Source: Leptogorgia sarmentosa (Eukaryota). From it: 64,000 nucleotides of DNA. The notes under the pieces were generated by a model that had not been told where the DNA came from, searched no databases, and was given only the letters and a program-made list of their open reading frames with translations. A program made the position numbers and the translations under genes. Positions 25,427 through 39,802 of this stretch are shown here, in pieces; position 1 is the first letter of the stretch, and every line of letters begins with the position of its first letter. Location: positions 14,508,001-14,572,000 of the forward strand of contig OZ210885.1 of assembly GCA_964658305.1 (NCBI GenBank), written 5' to 3'.

Positions 25427-26195
25427 CAGGGTGTATCAAAAAAAAGTTTACTGATGAAAAACATTCTCTAAACTAATGAGCGCTCAAAATTTCAAAAAAC
25501 TTGCGGTTAACCTGGGTAGTTTAACACCCTCAGGTATATCTAGCACCAAGTTTATTTTAAAAACAAACTTTTTTAGAATGGGAAATGTGGTTACTGAAAG
25601 GCCATTAAAAACGGCTTGCGCAGAAAAAATAAGTTTTCTTCCCACAATTTGATGTAATCGGATGAAAATATGGAGTATGATATACAAGCTATTCAAGTTT
25701 TGAGAAATTTGGTGGACGCTGAGACGAACGGGCAATGTCTGAAAACTGGATTTTGCGTTCTTTCCTGCGTGATTACGGATTAATTTATGCATAATTGGAT
25801 ATTTGCATAATTACCAATGCAAATTGCAAGCTAATTCCCAAAGGTCCGTAATTACGCGAAGAAATGGCAGAAAATCCAGTTTTTGGATGTCGCACATTCC
25901 TCTCAGCGTGCATCAAATTTCTCAAAACTGAATAGCTTGTATATCATACTCCATATTTTCATCCGATTAAATCAAATTGTGTGAAGAAAACTTATTTTTT
26001 CTGCGCAAGCCGTTTTTAATGTGCCTTTAAGTAACCACATTTCCCATTCTAATAAAGTTTGTTTTTAAAATAAAGTTAGTGCTAGATATACCAGAGGGTG
26101 TTAAACTACCCATGCTAACCGAAAGTTTTTGGAAATTTTGAGTGCTCGTTAGTTTAGAGAATGTTTTCATCAGTAAACTTTTTTTATACACCCTG
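25427..26195. mobile_element. Tc1/mariner-type foldback MITE with very long TIRs and TA TSD
   Basis: TA|CAGGGTGTAT...ATACACCCTG|TA. The two halves are reverse complements over roughly 350 bp and there is no coding capacity. Confidence 0.9.
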
Positions 26196-26645
26196 TATTA
26201 CTTGACCATGATCACAAAAAGAGCTTAGAAATGTTGTCAAACATCTTTCAACATTACTCCTCTGTTCTGGATAGAGAAGAACAAAATGAGAGAATTTTAT
26301 GTCCAACGGTGGACAGAACTGGTGGACGAGGACGACCTAGGTAACTATCTATACCTTTATCACAAACATCCTGGCCACCAACCTTAAGGGCCAATTTATT
26401 ATCATAGTAATAAATTGGGATTAATAAGAAGCAAATTCTTTCACATACGTAAAGACATAAAGTATAGACAGCTTAAAAGAAATAAGTATCTTAGGAAGTT
26501 TTAATCTCTAAGCCTTCGTGGCAACTAATTTTGTCACTGATTGGGTTTCGGTTAAGCCGTCATTCCTGAGTTTGTTTAACGGATATAAATAGCTATCAAA
26601 GCCTCCGTAGTCCATACTGGTCTTAACTGCCATTCAGTAGACACA

Positions 26646-28880
26646 TTGGAAAAATTGAAAAAACCAAACGAGACCGTTAAGTCCTACCTCCACAACCTTC
26701 ATCCCATCACACCAGTTAATGTAACCTACTTGCAACATGAATTAAAAAATCATCCTAACGCCCTATTTGTGTCTAATTTGGTCCAAGGATTCCGGGCCGG
26801 TTTTTCTATTGGTTTTGAGGGGCCCCGAGCGCCACGTTTTTCACGCAACCTGAAGTCTGCGGACGACCACCCTGATCTAGTCACAAAAAACTTGCTACAT
26901 GAAGTTAGGTTAGGCCGCACCGCCGGGCCGTTCCTTTCCCCAATTTCCAAATTTATCCAATCGGCGTAGTACCCAAAAAGTATTCGTCTGACTGGCGAAC
27001 AATTTTTCACCTATCGCATCCAAAAACATCCGGCAACAGCGTTAACGATTACATTTCCAGAGAAAACTACTCTCTTCAATACGTAAAAATCGATGATGCG
27101 ATTAATCTGATTATCCAGCTTGGCCGCGGCTCTGTTATGGCGAAAACGGACATTTGTTCTGCCTTCTGTAATGTTCCTGTTCATCCTAACGACTGGGAAT
27201 TATTAGGCATGCATTGGCAGGGCCTATATTTTTTCGATAAAGTATTACCATTTGGCCTTCGTAGCGCGCCTTTCATTTTTAATCAGCTTTCCGATGCCCT
27301 CGAATGGATCGCAAAAACCAATTACGGCATTAAACATGTTTTACATATTTTAGATGATTTTTTCCTGATTGAACCACCTCCTAGGTCAAACTGCATGACA
27401 TCCTTATGCAAATTGCTTACACTTATGACGAATCTTAACATTCCTATCACGCACAAAAAGACCTATCCGGCGTCTACCGAATTAGAATTCCTTGGGGTAC
27501 TCTTAGACTCGGAAAAGATGATCGCCTGCTTGCCCGCGGATAAACTAACGCGAGCAAAACAGTCATTATTAGTGTGGCTTTCCAAAAAACCGTGCACTCT
27601 AAAAGAGCTTCAGTCCTTAATCGGCACGCTACAATTTGCATGCCGCGTCGTTGTGCCCGGTCGCGCTTTTCTCCAACGCATGATAAATCTTACGCGCTGC
27701 GTTACAAAACCACACCACCACGTAAAGCTAAATTCATCCTTTCGCAAGGACGTCGCCATGTGGCTCATTTTCCTGGAGCAATGGAATGGCTCCAATATTT
27801 TCCTCGATATTTCGCCCACAAATTCACTCGAACTCAAGTTTTCCACCGACGCATCGGGCTCGTTAGGCTATGGCGTGTTTTTCAACAATCTCTGGTTTCA
27901 GGGCAAGTGGTCAAAACAGTTTCATGCGCACAAGGAGCAGCATGGAAAGAGCTTTTTCCCGTCTATCTTGCCCTGCTCAGTTTGGGGCCACCTATGGTCC
28001 GGCAAACGCATTATACTCTGGTGCGACAATGTCTCTGTCACTCAGATTCTAAATTCAAAATCTTCGAAAATCATCAAAATAATGGACCTAGTTAGAAAGA
28101 TTACCGTTCAAACACTCATTCACAATGCATGCCAAGCATGTCCCCGGCTTAGACAACCCAATCGCTGACGCATTATCACGGTTTCAGACACACCGATTCC
28201 ATCAACTAGCTCCCACTGCCTACCCACATCCTACCGTCATCCCCGAATCCTTGATTCAGGTCTAACTCAAAAAGTCAACACACTGCTCGGCCAAGCCATT
28301 TCCTCTTCCACGCGAACTACATATTCCTATGGGGTCCGCCAATACTTGGACTTTTGTTTTGCTCACAACCTTGCCTCACCAAGCAGCCCTCTTCCACCTC
28401 CAACAGAAGAAAATTTGGTGTATTTTGTTGCGTCGCTCCACGGTAAAGTCAAGTACCAAACAGTCAAGCTGTACCTCGCTGCAATTTCCAACTTCTATGT
28501 AGAGCACAACCAACCTTTACGCTCCACTACCATGCTCCAACTCCACGGCATCTTAAAGGGAATCAAGCGGACTTCCAATCCTCAAAAACAGCCTCGTCAC
28601 CCCATAACCATACACCTTCTGTCCCAGATTTCAACACTACTGCGTCCCGCGTTTTCCGAGGACCTCGATACTGTCATGCTCTGGGCAGCCTTCACATTGG
28701 CTTTCTTCGGATTCCTGCACGTCAGCGAGTTTACCTACTCCAGTGCAAAGACTTTCCTCGCTGTTCACGACATCACATTCGTCCCTAACATCGCCACTCC
28801 AACATCCATCCAAGTTCGCATCAAACAATCAAAGACCGATCCATTCCGCCACGGAACTACGCTCGTCATCGCTCCCGGTC
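26646..28880 (+). mobile_element. Truncated, frameshifted Ngaro-like YR retrotransposon (RT-RNaseH-YR)
   Basis: PITPVNV...GFRAGFSIG, MAKTDI, LPFGLRSAP, ILDDFF, TDASGSLGYG, WCDN, then YR with AFTLAFFGFLHVSE and IKQSKTDPFRHG. The YR breaks off near 28880 and no terminal repeats are seen. Confidence 0.85.
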
Positions 28881-29104
28881 ACTTCACCAGGGGGAAGCCC
28901 GGCTTGGACATGAGATTCAACGTCCACAACGGTGAGGGCCCTTACCCTCACCCTGATGTTGTTTTCTCCAGCTTCTCCGGGGGCCCTTACTCCCAGAAAC
29001 CGCACTTTCCGTCACCCACAAATCGCCAAAAAACGAATTGCGTGTTTTATTAATTCTCTCTATATATGGGATTCCAGATGTTTTTGTACACTTTCCAACA
29101 TGTA

Positions 29105-30698
29105 GGTATAGCATAACCGATCATCAACTGGAGCAGTTGCGAAGTACTGGAATGTCGTGGTCAGCTATTTCTGAAACCCTTGGTGTTGATAGAACAACAA
29201 TTTATAGACGACGATTATTGTTTGGGATGAATGCACATGAAGCCTACAGATTTTCAGACATTCCAGATGCTGATCTTGACACTGTCATCACATCACTATT
29301 ACATAAAAGTCCCAATGCTGGAGAAACCTATGTGCAAGGAAGTCTTAGGGCAAGAGGGATAAAAGTTCAAAGATGGCAACTACGGGAAAGGCTACAGGTA
29401 ATTTATGTAAATGTTGCTTTTTGAATACTGAATTGTACCCGGGATGCCAGATGACTGGGTTGTCACCTAACACCCAGGATAACCCACGCCTCTGGTACCC
29501 GGGGTAACCCAGTTGGGGAGTAGTAAAAAAATACACTGAACATGTCAGTGTAGAATCATGCAATAAGAACTATATAGCTAATGTGTTGCAATTAGTTAAT
29601 TGTCTTTGCCAGTACAGAATTGATTAACACTGTTAGTATCTTATCTTGGGTATATGCTTCATAGTGAATATAGTATCCAAAATAGTTTTGATTACAAGTG
29701 GGAATAGAGTTACTTTTGTCATTTTGCAAGATATTCTTCTGACTAGTGCTTGTTCGCAAAGATTCTAGATCCAGTTGTTCATGCACTCAGAAGACGACAG
29801 TGCATCAGAAGGAGGGTTTATAAAATCACTCATCCCAATCGATTATGGTATGAAATATGTTAAATAGATTTGTTGTTTTATATAGCCAGTAACGTAACAG
29901 TATCTCTTTAACAGTAGTGAAAAAAATATTGAAGATTTGTTATTAACCACAGGCATATGGATGGGAATCACAAACTCATTTCATGGAGGTTTGTACATCA
30001 TAGCTGTATTGATGTTACAGCCGAGCCATAATCATCTCAAGTGCTGTCTGAATAATAAAGCAACAACTGTCCTGGAATTGTTCCAAGAAGGCGTGGAGAG
30101 ATTTGGTCTACCGTCCAGAGTCCGGGGAGATCGTGGTGTTGAGAATGTAGATGTTGCCCGTAATATGATTGTCAACAGGGGTACAAATCGGGGTAGCTTC
30201 ATATGTGGGCGCAGTGTGCATAACCAGAGAATTGAAAGGTAATGGAGTGAAGTAAACAGAGTTCTCAATTTGCCATTCAAAAACCTATTTACGTATATGG
30301 AGAATTGTGATATTCTAGATTCCATGAATGAAGTACATTTGTGGGCACTTCATTTTGTTTTTCTACAAAGAATAAACCAATGCCTATCAGAGTTCATTTC
30401 TCAATGGAATAATCACAACCTAAGTACAGTTCAAGGTAGAACACCAATGCAGCTCCGGCACTCTGGTATGATACAGAATGTTGGTAGGCATGATTGTGGT
30501 ATGATAGATATGCAACCTAACAATTTGGCAGATTATGGCATTGATGATTTCACACTAGCTGATTTTTCAAACATAGACAATAATGTGAATGTTCCAGAAA
30601 ATGAATTTCAATTGGATGAACCTACAGACGATGATGGCAACCATGCTATTAACCATTTCATAAATGTTGTTAACTTTATACACACAGTGGGTCCTTAA
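29105..30698 (+). pseudogene. Spliced integrase-core (IS3EU-like) DDE transposase relic
   Basis: HTH segment WSAISETLGVDRTTIYRRR, then [43 protein letters not shown] and WNNH. It has introns, frameshifts and a stop. Confidence 0.75.
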
Positions 30699-30840
30699 TA
30701 AATGAACCAATGTGTGAAGCAATGTTTTGAATACCCTCTTATAAGAAGGAAAGAATAACACAAAAATAATACAAATCTTCTAACATACAACAAATGTAAA
30801 CACTAAATTAAGAAAACTAATTTAAGAAACACTTCAGAGT

Positions 30841-31030
30841 TCATGATTTATCAAAACCACAAAATCCGAAAACTGATTCCATCATCATCGCTTCAAATTT
30901 CCCAGGATCTTCAAAACCTCGTGGTAAAAAAAGCAGCAGAGCACAGCTTGAGCAATATGGAAACCGTTTACCACCCTCTTGTGAATCTTGGTTATAAAAC
31001 CCAACGACTGGGATCAGAGCCGGACCTACA
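30841..31030 (-). pseudogene. C-terminal tip of a HECT-type E3 ligase domain
   Basis: KRFPYCSSCALLLFLP...FEAMMMESVFGFCGFDKS* resembles the HECT C-lobe (LP.ASTC...L.LP ... GF near the C terminus). Confidence 0.55.
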
Positions 31031-32914
31031 CAGTAACACCTATGACCCATTTGTTTATGAATACAGCGATTACAAAGCAAATGTGTATCCCATCAAATCT
31101 CTCATTACATAACTTGGATGTAACCTTGCCAAATTCAGACACAGTAATTCATGTCTCTCGCTCTGGCAAAGCTGTCACGCTTCTGAATCCGTCGTGACAG
31201 ATTGTCGACAACGGACCAGCAGAGCAACCATCATCTCCTCTAGTTCAGATGTTCTTAATACAATTACTACGGCTCTTGAACCTCGATAAGGTCACACAGG
31301 TTTCATTCGCGGAGTACCATAGTAAGCGTAACTTTGTTGAACGAGTGCATGCAATTGAAGATGAAGTTTTGTCACGACATGGGCCTTTTACAGCGAACAA
31401 ACTTTTTCATGGATTGCGAACATGGAGGAAATGTTAAAAGATGTATCATCTTGTTTACAACAAGCAAAGTTTGGAAGGAAAAACCTCGAAGCTTACAGGG
31501 GTATAAAACAATCTGATTACATTTTTTCTGATGAAAGCAAACTCAAACAGTTCCTGTCACTATCGGAGGAACAAAAAGAACTATGTGATTGGACATACGA
31601 ATTGAATGATAGTTTTGTGTGGCATGACATGGAAACTGTCTGGAATTTGTCTCACAATGAACAATTTTCATACTCTGAAGATTATAATTTATTAATGAAT
31701 AAATTGGAAAACAGGACAGCATGGATAGACAAGTATCATGTGACATTCTATAGGCCAGATAATAAGTGGATAACTGACATCATTGCAAGGCAGGAGCTAC
31801 AACCAATACCGGACTATGTGAGATGGGTTACTACTGGTGGTGAGCTGCATTATCTATCACATGAGCGAATTCTTACGATGAAAGGAAAATGGAACGAATA
31901 TCCGGGAATGTTCAGACTGGATAGATTGTTAGATATTCTGATCTCTTTGAATTCGGATCCTCCGTCTTATATCTTTCCCACAATAGCAGCACTTGTTTGG
32001 CTACCTGAGAACGAAGTGAAACAGTATTATGAAGGTCAGCATGAGAAGTTTAAGGCCAAGTTATATGAAGATTTAGAAAGGGAAAAGTGGAGGGCGCATG
32101 AATTATTTGCAGGATCTGTGTAAGAACGGACCTTCCCCAAAAGGTCAAAAGCATCATCTCATCGAACGAATTGTAAAGTCTCAAATGCAAGACCAACCTT
32201 GTAATGATCAGTCAGGGTTTTCATACGATGGAAACTTTCACGAGGTCCCAAAGTCGGTTTCACTGTTGCGAAAACTACCAATGGCAAAATTGAGATATAT
32301 TTTGAATTACCACGGCATCCCTGCTCAGGGGACGAAGGAGTAACTTTGCTTGCATATTGTGCTAGTCAAGCAAAACTACTGCAGGATCAAGAAGATGAAT
32401 TGAAAAGGATGCTGGCAGTGGTGTCAGGAATTATTTTAGAACAAAGACGAATTTCAATACTGAATCCAAGTGATACCTTCAAAAGGAGGACATTCCAAAA
32501 ATACAAAGGAAAAAAATCTTTCTTGCCAGTACCACAGGATCTGACACTAGAAAACATACACGCAGACATGCTGAAACCATTAAAGAATACTTACAAATCC
32601 TGGAACTTCAGAGAAGACAAAGAAATGAAGAAATCCTACAGGGTGGACGGCAGAGAGAAAACAACAGTGATCTGGAAGTCAGTGATTGTACGCACTGTGA
32701 AGAATTCATGATCGTTGGTAAACGAGTAAAAATAAAATGGTCTAAAGATGAAATTGGAGATAGTGGTTGGAGATGTGGTTGGTATACAGCGGTAACTCAA
32801 AGTTTTTCAGAGGAAAATGACACTATTGACGTAGTATATTTTACCGAACAGGAGTGTGTTTACACTTTGTGTGTTTCCAAGTACATTGCAAAAGGGAAGC
32901 TTGTGTCAGCTTAA
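31030..32914 (+). pseudogene. Decayed DDE transposase-like gene (Zator-like core) with helical SAP-like and Tudor-like C-terminal segments
   Basis: IVDNGPAEQP...SFAEYHSKRNFVERVHA resembles the Zator D..P / N.VER spacing. KLPMAKLRYILNYHGIPAQGTKE is SAP-like. VGKRVKIKW...WYTAV is Tudor-like. Several frameshifts. Confidence 0.45.
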
Positions 32915-33716
32915 CTCAGTGTCATAAAGTATTGGGGGCGTCATATTTCTGGTTGTAAGCTGGGCAGCGCTATCCACCGGATTGTGATTTTTTCAAACTA
33001 TCCGATTTGTTCATTTGTTAGTATAACCTAGTATAACCCAGATGAAAGTTCACTAGTTTTGGGTTAAAATTTCATTGTATTGATGTATTGATTATGACTT
33101 CCGCATCTATAATTTTGTGCATTTTCAAGAATTTTCACAACAGTTGAAAAATACCCGCATCTGGGGGATAGAGTTATTATTGAATTATGGCAATTTACAA
33201 AAATACCTCAAAATATGGAGTTTGCAATCGAGAACAAACCAAACTTGACTAGTTCTTCTCGTCATATGTGTAGCCATGACAGTTCTGCTGTTCTGTCGCA
33301 TTTACAATGTAAAAACTGTAGATATATATATCTTGAACATATAATCGTACATATGAATGAAAACATCGTTTCTTGCTTATAACTTATAAGCTTAAAAAAT
33401 GAACAAATTATCGATCTGTTTTGTTTTTTTCGGGGTTTTCCTTTATCAAAACAAATCGAAATGGTTGCGTAAAAAACGCACGCGAATTTAGTATTCATCC
33501 GCGTTTGACGTCACAAATTTATTTATTCTTGCTGACGCCAGACTTATAAGACTTATAAGAGGGTCTATTCCATTGAAATATTTTGAGCTACCCCATGGAA
33601 TTCCGGTTGCCACCTTTGGGGGCTCTGTGTGGAAATTCCACATTTTTTTGAACAGGGGGGGTTGGAAATTCCGCATGTCCTCAACAGGGGGGGGTGCAGA
33701 TAAATGATGCAATCAG

Positions 33717-36700
33717 CCATTACTGTGGAAGGTTTGCTATGAACCCAGAATATCTTTTCTTTGCACAGTTTGTTGTGGAACAAAAAAAAGTAATGGCATT
33801 AACATAGCATTGAGAAAGTACACAGGCAGTCTGTAACTGCATCACAAGTAAAATCAGACGTAAACCGACTAAAAGGTTTAATTTGTCAAGATCAGGCATA
33901 TTTGTTCTTGAGACAAATTCCAGGAACACCACCATACTGGCAAAAATTTATGTATGAAGTAGTAGCCATGGTAAAACAGCTTGGTATTCCAACATGGTTT
34001 ATGACATTATCATGTGCTGATCTTAGATGGCCTAAGTTGTTTCAGATTATTGCAAGGACACAGGGTAAAAATATGACTGACGAGGAAATTGAAGCTTTAT
34101 CTTACACTGAACGATGTTCATGTAACAACCTTAATCCTGTCATTGCTGCAAAACACTTTCAGCATAGAGTAAAAACCTTTTTCACTGAGGTTTTGCTCAG
34201 TCCTGTAAACCCAATTGGTAAAATAATATATTATGAGCTTCGCATTGAATTTCAGATGAGAGGTTCACCAAATTTACATGCATTAATATGGACATCTGAT
34301 TGTCCTAAACTTGATTCAGACAACAAAGAAGCATATATACAATTTATTGATAGCCATGTCCAAGCTGAGCTACCAGATCAAAAATCAAAACCACACTTAC
34401 ATGATTTAGTCAAAATGTACCAAAAGCATAGTCATTCTAAAACTTTCCGCAAATACAAAAATGTCAGTTGCAGATTTAATTTTGGCCAGTTTTTTACAAA
34501 CAGAACAATAGTAGCAGAACCTTTGAGTAGGGATTTAACTGAAGAGCTCAGGTGTAACATACTTGATCATAGAACAAAAATTTGATGAAGTATTAAATCC
34601 GCCAAACTCAGATTATAATGAGACATTCTGTGAAACAGATATCCTAAATATGGTCAATATTACTGAGGGTGGGGGTTGCTGGGCTCTTTCCATATCACCA
34701 GATTCATATTTTGACTTGCACCTTAAGAGGCCTATTGACAGCTGCTTTATTAACAACTATTTTGTTGCTGGTATTAAAGGTTTTGAAGCCAATGTTGACT
34801 TACAACCTGTATTCAATCATTACAAGTGCATAACATACGTCTGTTCATATTTTACTGAAGATGAAACCGAATGTTCTCAAGCTATTGTAAATGCAGCAAA
34901 AGAAGCCAAGGCTACAAACCTCAGTACTAGAGATGGTCTGAAAAAAATTGGTGCTGCTTTTCTCTCCACAAGAGAAGTGAGTTCTCAAGAATGTGTGTAT
35001 AGATCAATGCCAGAACTTTGGCTTTTCCTAAAACTGTTTACATTGCCACATATTTCCCAGAAAAAAGGTTGCATGTTACTAAAACCCAAGATGAACTTGA
35101 TGACAGTACTGACATTTTTAAGTCAAACATAGAACGTTACACTATCAGACCAGCAAATATACCTGTTGTCAATAAGTTATGCTTAGCTAAATTTGCTGCA
35201 TATTACTATAAAGACTATAAAACAGATTCTAATAATATGACTGACTCACAGCCAGAGGTCTTGACAGATGATTTAATTGAATCACAAGGTGTAGAGACTG
35301 GCATGTCTGAATGTCGTCCAAAAAAAATAAGGTTAAACAACACTAATGAACACATGAAATGTCGCAAAATTAAAGCTGTTGTAAGACACTATAGACCAAA
35401 TAAAATGAAAGAACCAGAAGCTTATTTTCACCATTTACTTATGCTGTACTACCCTTGGCGAAATGAAGGTAATTTAATGGCACACGACAAAACGTATAGA
35501 TTAAAATTCCACAAACCTGACATTCAGGCTATAGTTGCACACAACAGAGCAATATTTGAACCTGATACAGATGCCATTGATCATGCCTTTGAAACATTTA
35601 CATCTAACCCAGGTAATATGAATTCATATGACCCAATAAATGATCAAGAAAATGAAGAGTTGCAAAATGAAATGCAAGATGATACTTTTCCAAATGAAGT
35701 TTTTAATGAACAAGTGCCATCACATCTAGACCAAGTGCAAAATTCACATACTTCTTCTGGGGCAATTACTTCTTACAACCAACCAACAGAAATGTCTGAT
35801 GATACATTACATAAAAATATTAGGTCATTAAACACTGAACAACGTCATGCATATGATATATTTCTCACTTAGTGTCGCAGTAAAATGAAAAGTTTAAATA
35901 GCTTAAAACCTGTTGAAGTATTCGGGATTTCTTGGCCCCCCAAAAGAATAGTATCCCAAACAAATCACAATAGAATATCGTTTCTCTTTTATTCTCACAT
36001 GCTCGTTTACAACTACACAACAACAACAACCCTCGTGTCCTACGTCATTGTACGATGACGTATGCCCAAATGTACTTCCGGATTTCCATTTCCAGACAGA
36101 AGTAGACCCAATTTATCTATTTATTACTGGAGGTGGTGGTGCTGGGAAAAGCCACTTGATTAAAACTATATATAACACAGCTATTAAAACATTTAGACAT
36201 CCACCTAATAACCCAGAATTACCAACGGTCCTTCTAATTGCACCAACAGGTGTAGCTGCAATAAATATTGATGGCACAACAGTTAATACAGCTCTTGCAA
36301 TTCTTAAAGAAACTGGTGATAATTTGCCACCTATGTCAGACCAAAAGAAAACTCAGTTAAGATTAACACTGTGTGACTTAAAGCTAATCATAATAGATGA
36401 AATTTCTATGGTTGGCAATACAACATTCATGTAACCAACGACTGAAAGGGAATTTGGTGAAATTGCAGGAATTTCTATTATAGTTGTTGGTGATTTATGC
36501 CAACTTCCACCTATACGCAAAAGATTTGTATTTGATTCCTACAAAAATAACCTATTGAACCTTTGCCATCCTTGGAAAGTATTCAAAATGATAGAATTGA
36601 CCAAAAGCATGAGACAAATTTTGTTGACCTTCTTAATAGAGTTAGGATTGCCGCTCAAACAGATGATGATATTAGAATAATACAGTCAAGATCAATTCAC

Positions 36701-38347
36701 CCAGGTGATCCAAATTATCCCTCAGATGCACTTCATATCTGGGCAGAAAATAAACCTGTTGATGAATATAACAAAAAGAAACGTGAACAACTTTGTACAC
36801 CTTTATTTATTCTTAAAGCTAAAGATCAATATCCAACTAATGTGACAAAACAAGATATTGACAGAGTTTTAGCAAGAGGCAGGTCTGAAACTGCTGGGCT
36901 TGATTATGAAATTCATATAAAAGGTGCTAGAGTAACAAGGGTGAATTTCGTTCTCGACCAAGCAGCGCATTTGTTGACATTTTTGCGCTAAGCCAATCAG
37001 AACGCGTAAATCGCTATTTTGTAAACAAAGATGGGTACAGATATATACTTTACTCTTCGGCTTTGTTGCCATTGGAATCTTGATATTTTATTCTGAAATT
37101 AGAATATGTTGTTTAGGAAAGATTTTCCTACAATATTACCGTGGCAATTTGTAAATAATGGCGATTTTGGGGAGATATGCACGTCCAAACTTTGCCTTGC
37201 GCAAGCATAAATAATGCCCTTCAAATCCACCAATCTTTTGATATCTTAACTTATTAACTCGTTAATTTCCCGTGTCTAAACATGGATCTATTCACGATCA
37301 CAGTGTCATGAGTCATGATATGCACTACATGACTAACGGATGCTTTTGCGAACGTTTCAATCGCTTTTATTTTGTGATGGAAAGTGAACGATATTCTGAA
37401 ACTCACCGAACTTCAGGACATCGAATCTCAAAGTCTCAAACCTATGCCAAGTTTTCACCCACGATATCAAATTGAAGACATGAGGAATTCTTAGCAAATC
37501 ATGCACACGTTTATGCCTGGAAGGTTGCACTGGAGATGAAACGAATTCCCACAGCCAAGAAAGACGCGCCATAATGTGCTTGTGTGAGTGCAATGGACGG
37601 CATCACACACTCTGGTTTAAATCACAGAGTAAGAATAAGGTAAGAATTGATGTATATATTTTTATTGTACTATTTTAGAGACAAGGAAAGAACAGTGCAG
37701 TTGTCATTCAGTTATAGAAAGTATATATTAGTAAAATTTCAGTTTCAGTCATCATTTGTCCCACCCAGAATGGTGCATGTACTATTCACAAAGTTCAGGG
37801 CCTAACACTAGAAAGAGTAGTGATAACTTCAGAATTGATTAAACAGCGAGTTTTTAACTATGGCCAGATTTATGTTGCACTCAGTTGTGCAACATCTTTA
37901 CAAGGTCTCTACATACTGGGCAAAATTGAAAGTAAACATGTCAAAACTAACCCTAAGGTAATAGAAGAATATGAAAGACTACGAAATGAATGCATGGTCC
38001 CTCATTTAATGAGAGAATTGGCAGATGATGTCAATATTTTCACTTTTAAACATAAGATCACTCAAGAAGCATAGCATTGATCTCAAATTTGATTCAAGGC
38101 TTTCTAATAGTGACATCATCGCACTAACTGAAACCCAACTTCTCTCTCAGGATTGTGATACTGAAATAACTAATAATCTCTTTCCTTTCAAGCTCCAACG
38201 ACAAGATCATGATTTTCATAAATACTCTAGTATGGCACTTTGTTCAAAAAATGCAGTAGAAATTAGTGACTGTGTTTATTACCCTACAATCAATGGACAA
38301 AAATTTAACCTAAACAAATGTCAATCTGAAGAAAAAAAATCTTTCTA
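33717..38347 (+). mobile_element. Helentron (Helitron2-type) Rep-PIF1 helicase-endonuclease pseudogene, 5' part
   Basis: Rep motifs PTWFMTLSCAD, IEFQMRGSPNLHALIW, YVCSYFTE. PIF1 motifs TGGGGAGKS, APTGVAA, IIIDEISMV, GDLCQLPP, TIHKVQGLTL, YVALS. Endonuclease N terminus LLNIRSL...IALTETQL. Many lesions and an insertion at about 36935-37770. Confidence 0.9.
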
Positions 38348-38781
38348 CGGCGATTTCAGCGGCAAATGACAACGAATTAGTGTTTGTTTCACCTGTAGTT
38401 AATGACCAAAATCACTACTAAAATAGAATATTTGCTAGCGAATAGGAGTTTTATGCATTCCGGTCTTGTGTCTAATGGATAAAAATAGTGTTGGGCAAAG
38501 GCGTTAAGAAAGTGTTAAGAATTACGATAAGAGTATTAAATAGAGGTGTAAAGATGGAAAAGAATGGTGTTAGAATACTTAGATGTTCCGCAAAGCCGGA
38601 CAAAGAGGAGGAGCCTTGAGAATTGCACTGATATTATAAGGCAACGTGCTTGCCAAATGAAGACAGTCGCTGAAGTCGAACAACGAGGATCTTTGAAAGT
38701 CAATTTTTCGCAATTATTTTCGTAAGGTAGGATATTTTCTTTATTTCACTATTTTCCTCTTATTTCGCGTTGCTCCGATCA

Positions 38782-39387
38782 ATGGCTTTGGCAACCACCA
38801 CTACTGTGCCCAAAGTGTTAATTCTGGGCCATTCGTTTGTGCGCCGCCTCAAGAGCGACTTGCGCGCAGGTTTCGATGCGCGCGCTGCGTCGGATTTCGG
38901 CTTAGGCGGTACAATCGAACTACGCATGTATGGGGTTGGAGGGCGTACTGTCCAGAAAGTCACCGAGTTCGATCTACCCACGGTAACTGCATTCGCACCC
39001 GACGTCGTCCTGTTAGAATTAGGCACAAACGACTTGGCGAGTTTAGCCCCAGAAGTCGTAGGGTCCAATATAGACGATCTTGTGCAGCTTTTGCTCTCAA
39101 AGTACTCGGTGCGCCTGGTTATTTGGTGCCAAGTTACACCACGTGCGACAGTGAAACGCCACGCATACCATAGCGCAGATTTCAACAAGAATGCGGTGCT
39201 ACTTAACCAATATATGCGCGTAGTGCTGGAACCTTTGCCTCGCGCGATTTGTTGGAAGCACAAAGGTTTTTCTGTACCAGCTGTATCCCCCTTTCTCCCG
39301 GACGGGGTGCATTTCAATCGCCGGGGCCAATATAGTCTGTATCGCAGCTATCGAGGAGCTATATTGCACGCGCTACACATGCTATAA
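38782..39387 (+). CDS. SGNH/GDSL-family hydrolase carried by the Ngaro-type element
   Basis: Block I ILGHSFV, block II GVGG, block III ELGTND, block V DGVHF. Frame is open. Confidence 0.88.
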   Translation: MALATTTTVPKVLILGHSFVRRLKSDLRAGFDARAASDFGLGGTIELRMYGVGGRTVQKVTEFDLPTVTAFAPDVVLLELGTNDLASLAPEVVGSNIDDLVQLLLSKYSVRLVIWCQVTPRATVKRHAYHSADFNKNAVLLNQYMRVVLEPLPRAICWKHKGFSVPAVSPFLPDGVHFNRRGQYSLYRSYRGAILHALHML

Positions 39388-39802
39388 ATTCTCGATGTAA
39401 TATCGTTTTAGAACTCTACCTTACTGTTTATTGTATTGCTGTTGTCCCAGCATTATGCTGGGTTTCTATAGTCCTCGTTTGAGGTTTATCCCAATTGATG
39501 GGATTTTTGTTATCCTCTTCGGAGGTTTTTTATTTTGCTGTCCTCATGTGAGGCTGTTGTCCCAACCTTCGTTGGGTTGTAGTTTAGTCTGTTTGGCCAC
39601 TCAGGGCAGGATACGCGGCGACATCAACCTGTCTGCCATTGCCTGTCCCTGTGAAAAATTTAACTGTTAAATTTTAAGTAATATTATAACGACGATAACG
39701 CTATCTGGTTCGAAAATCCTTCGTATATACGAGGGAACTACGGTTCTCTCACATGTACAACTATCTTCTATCTGCCCCTCGCCTCAGTTTTTTCATTGTA
39801 GC

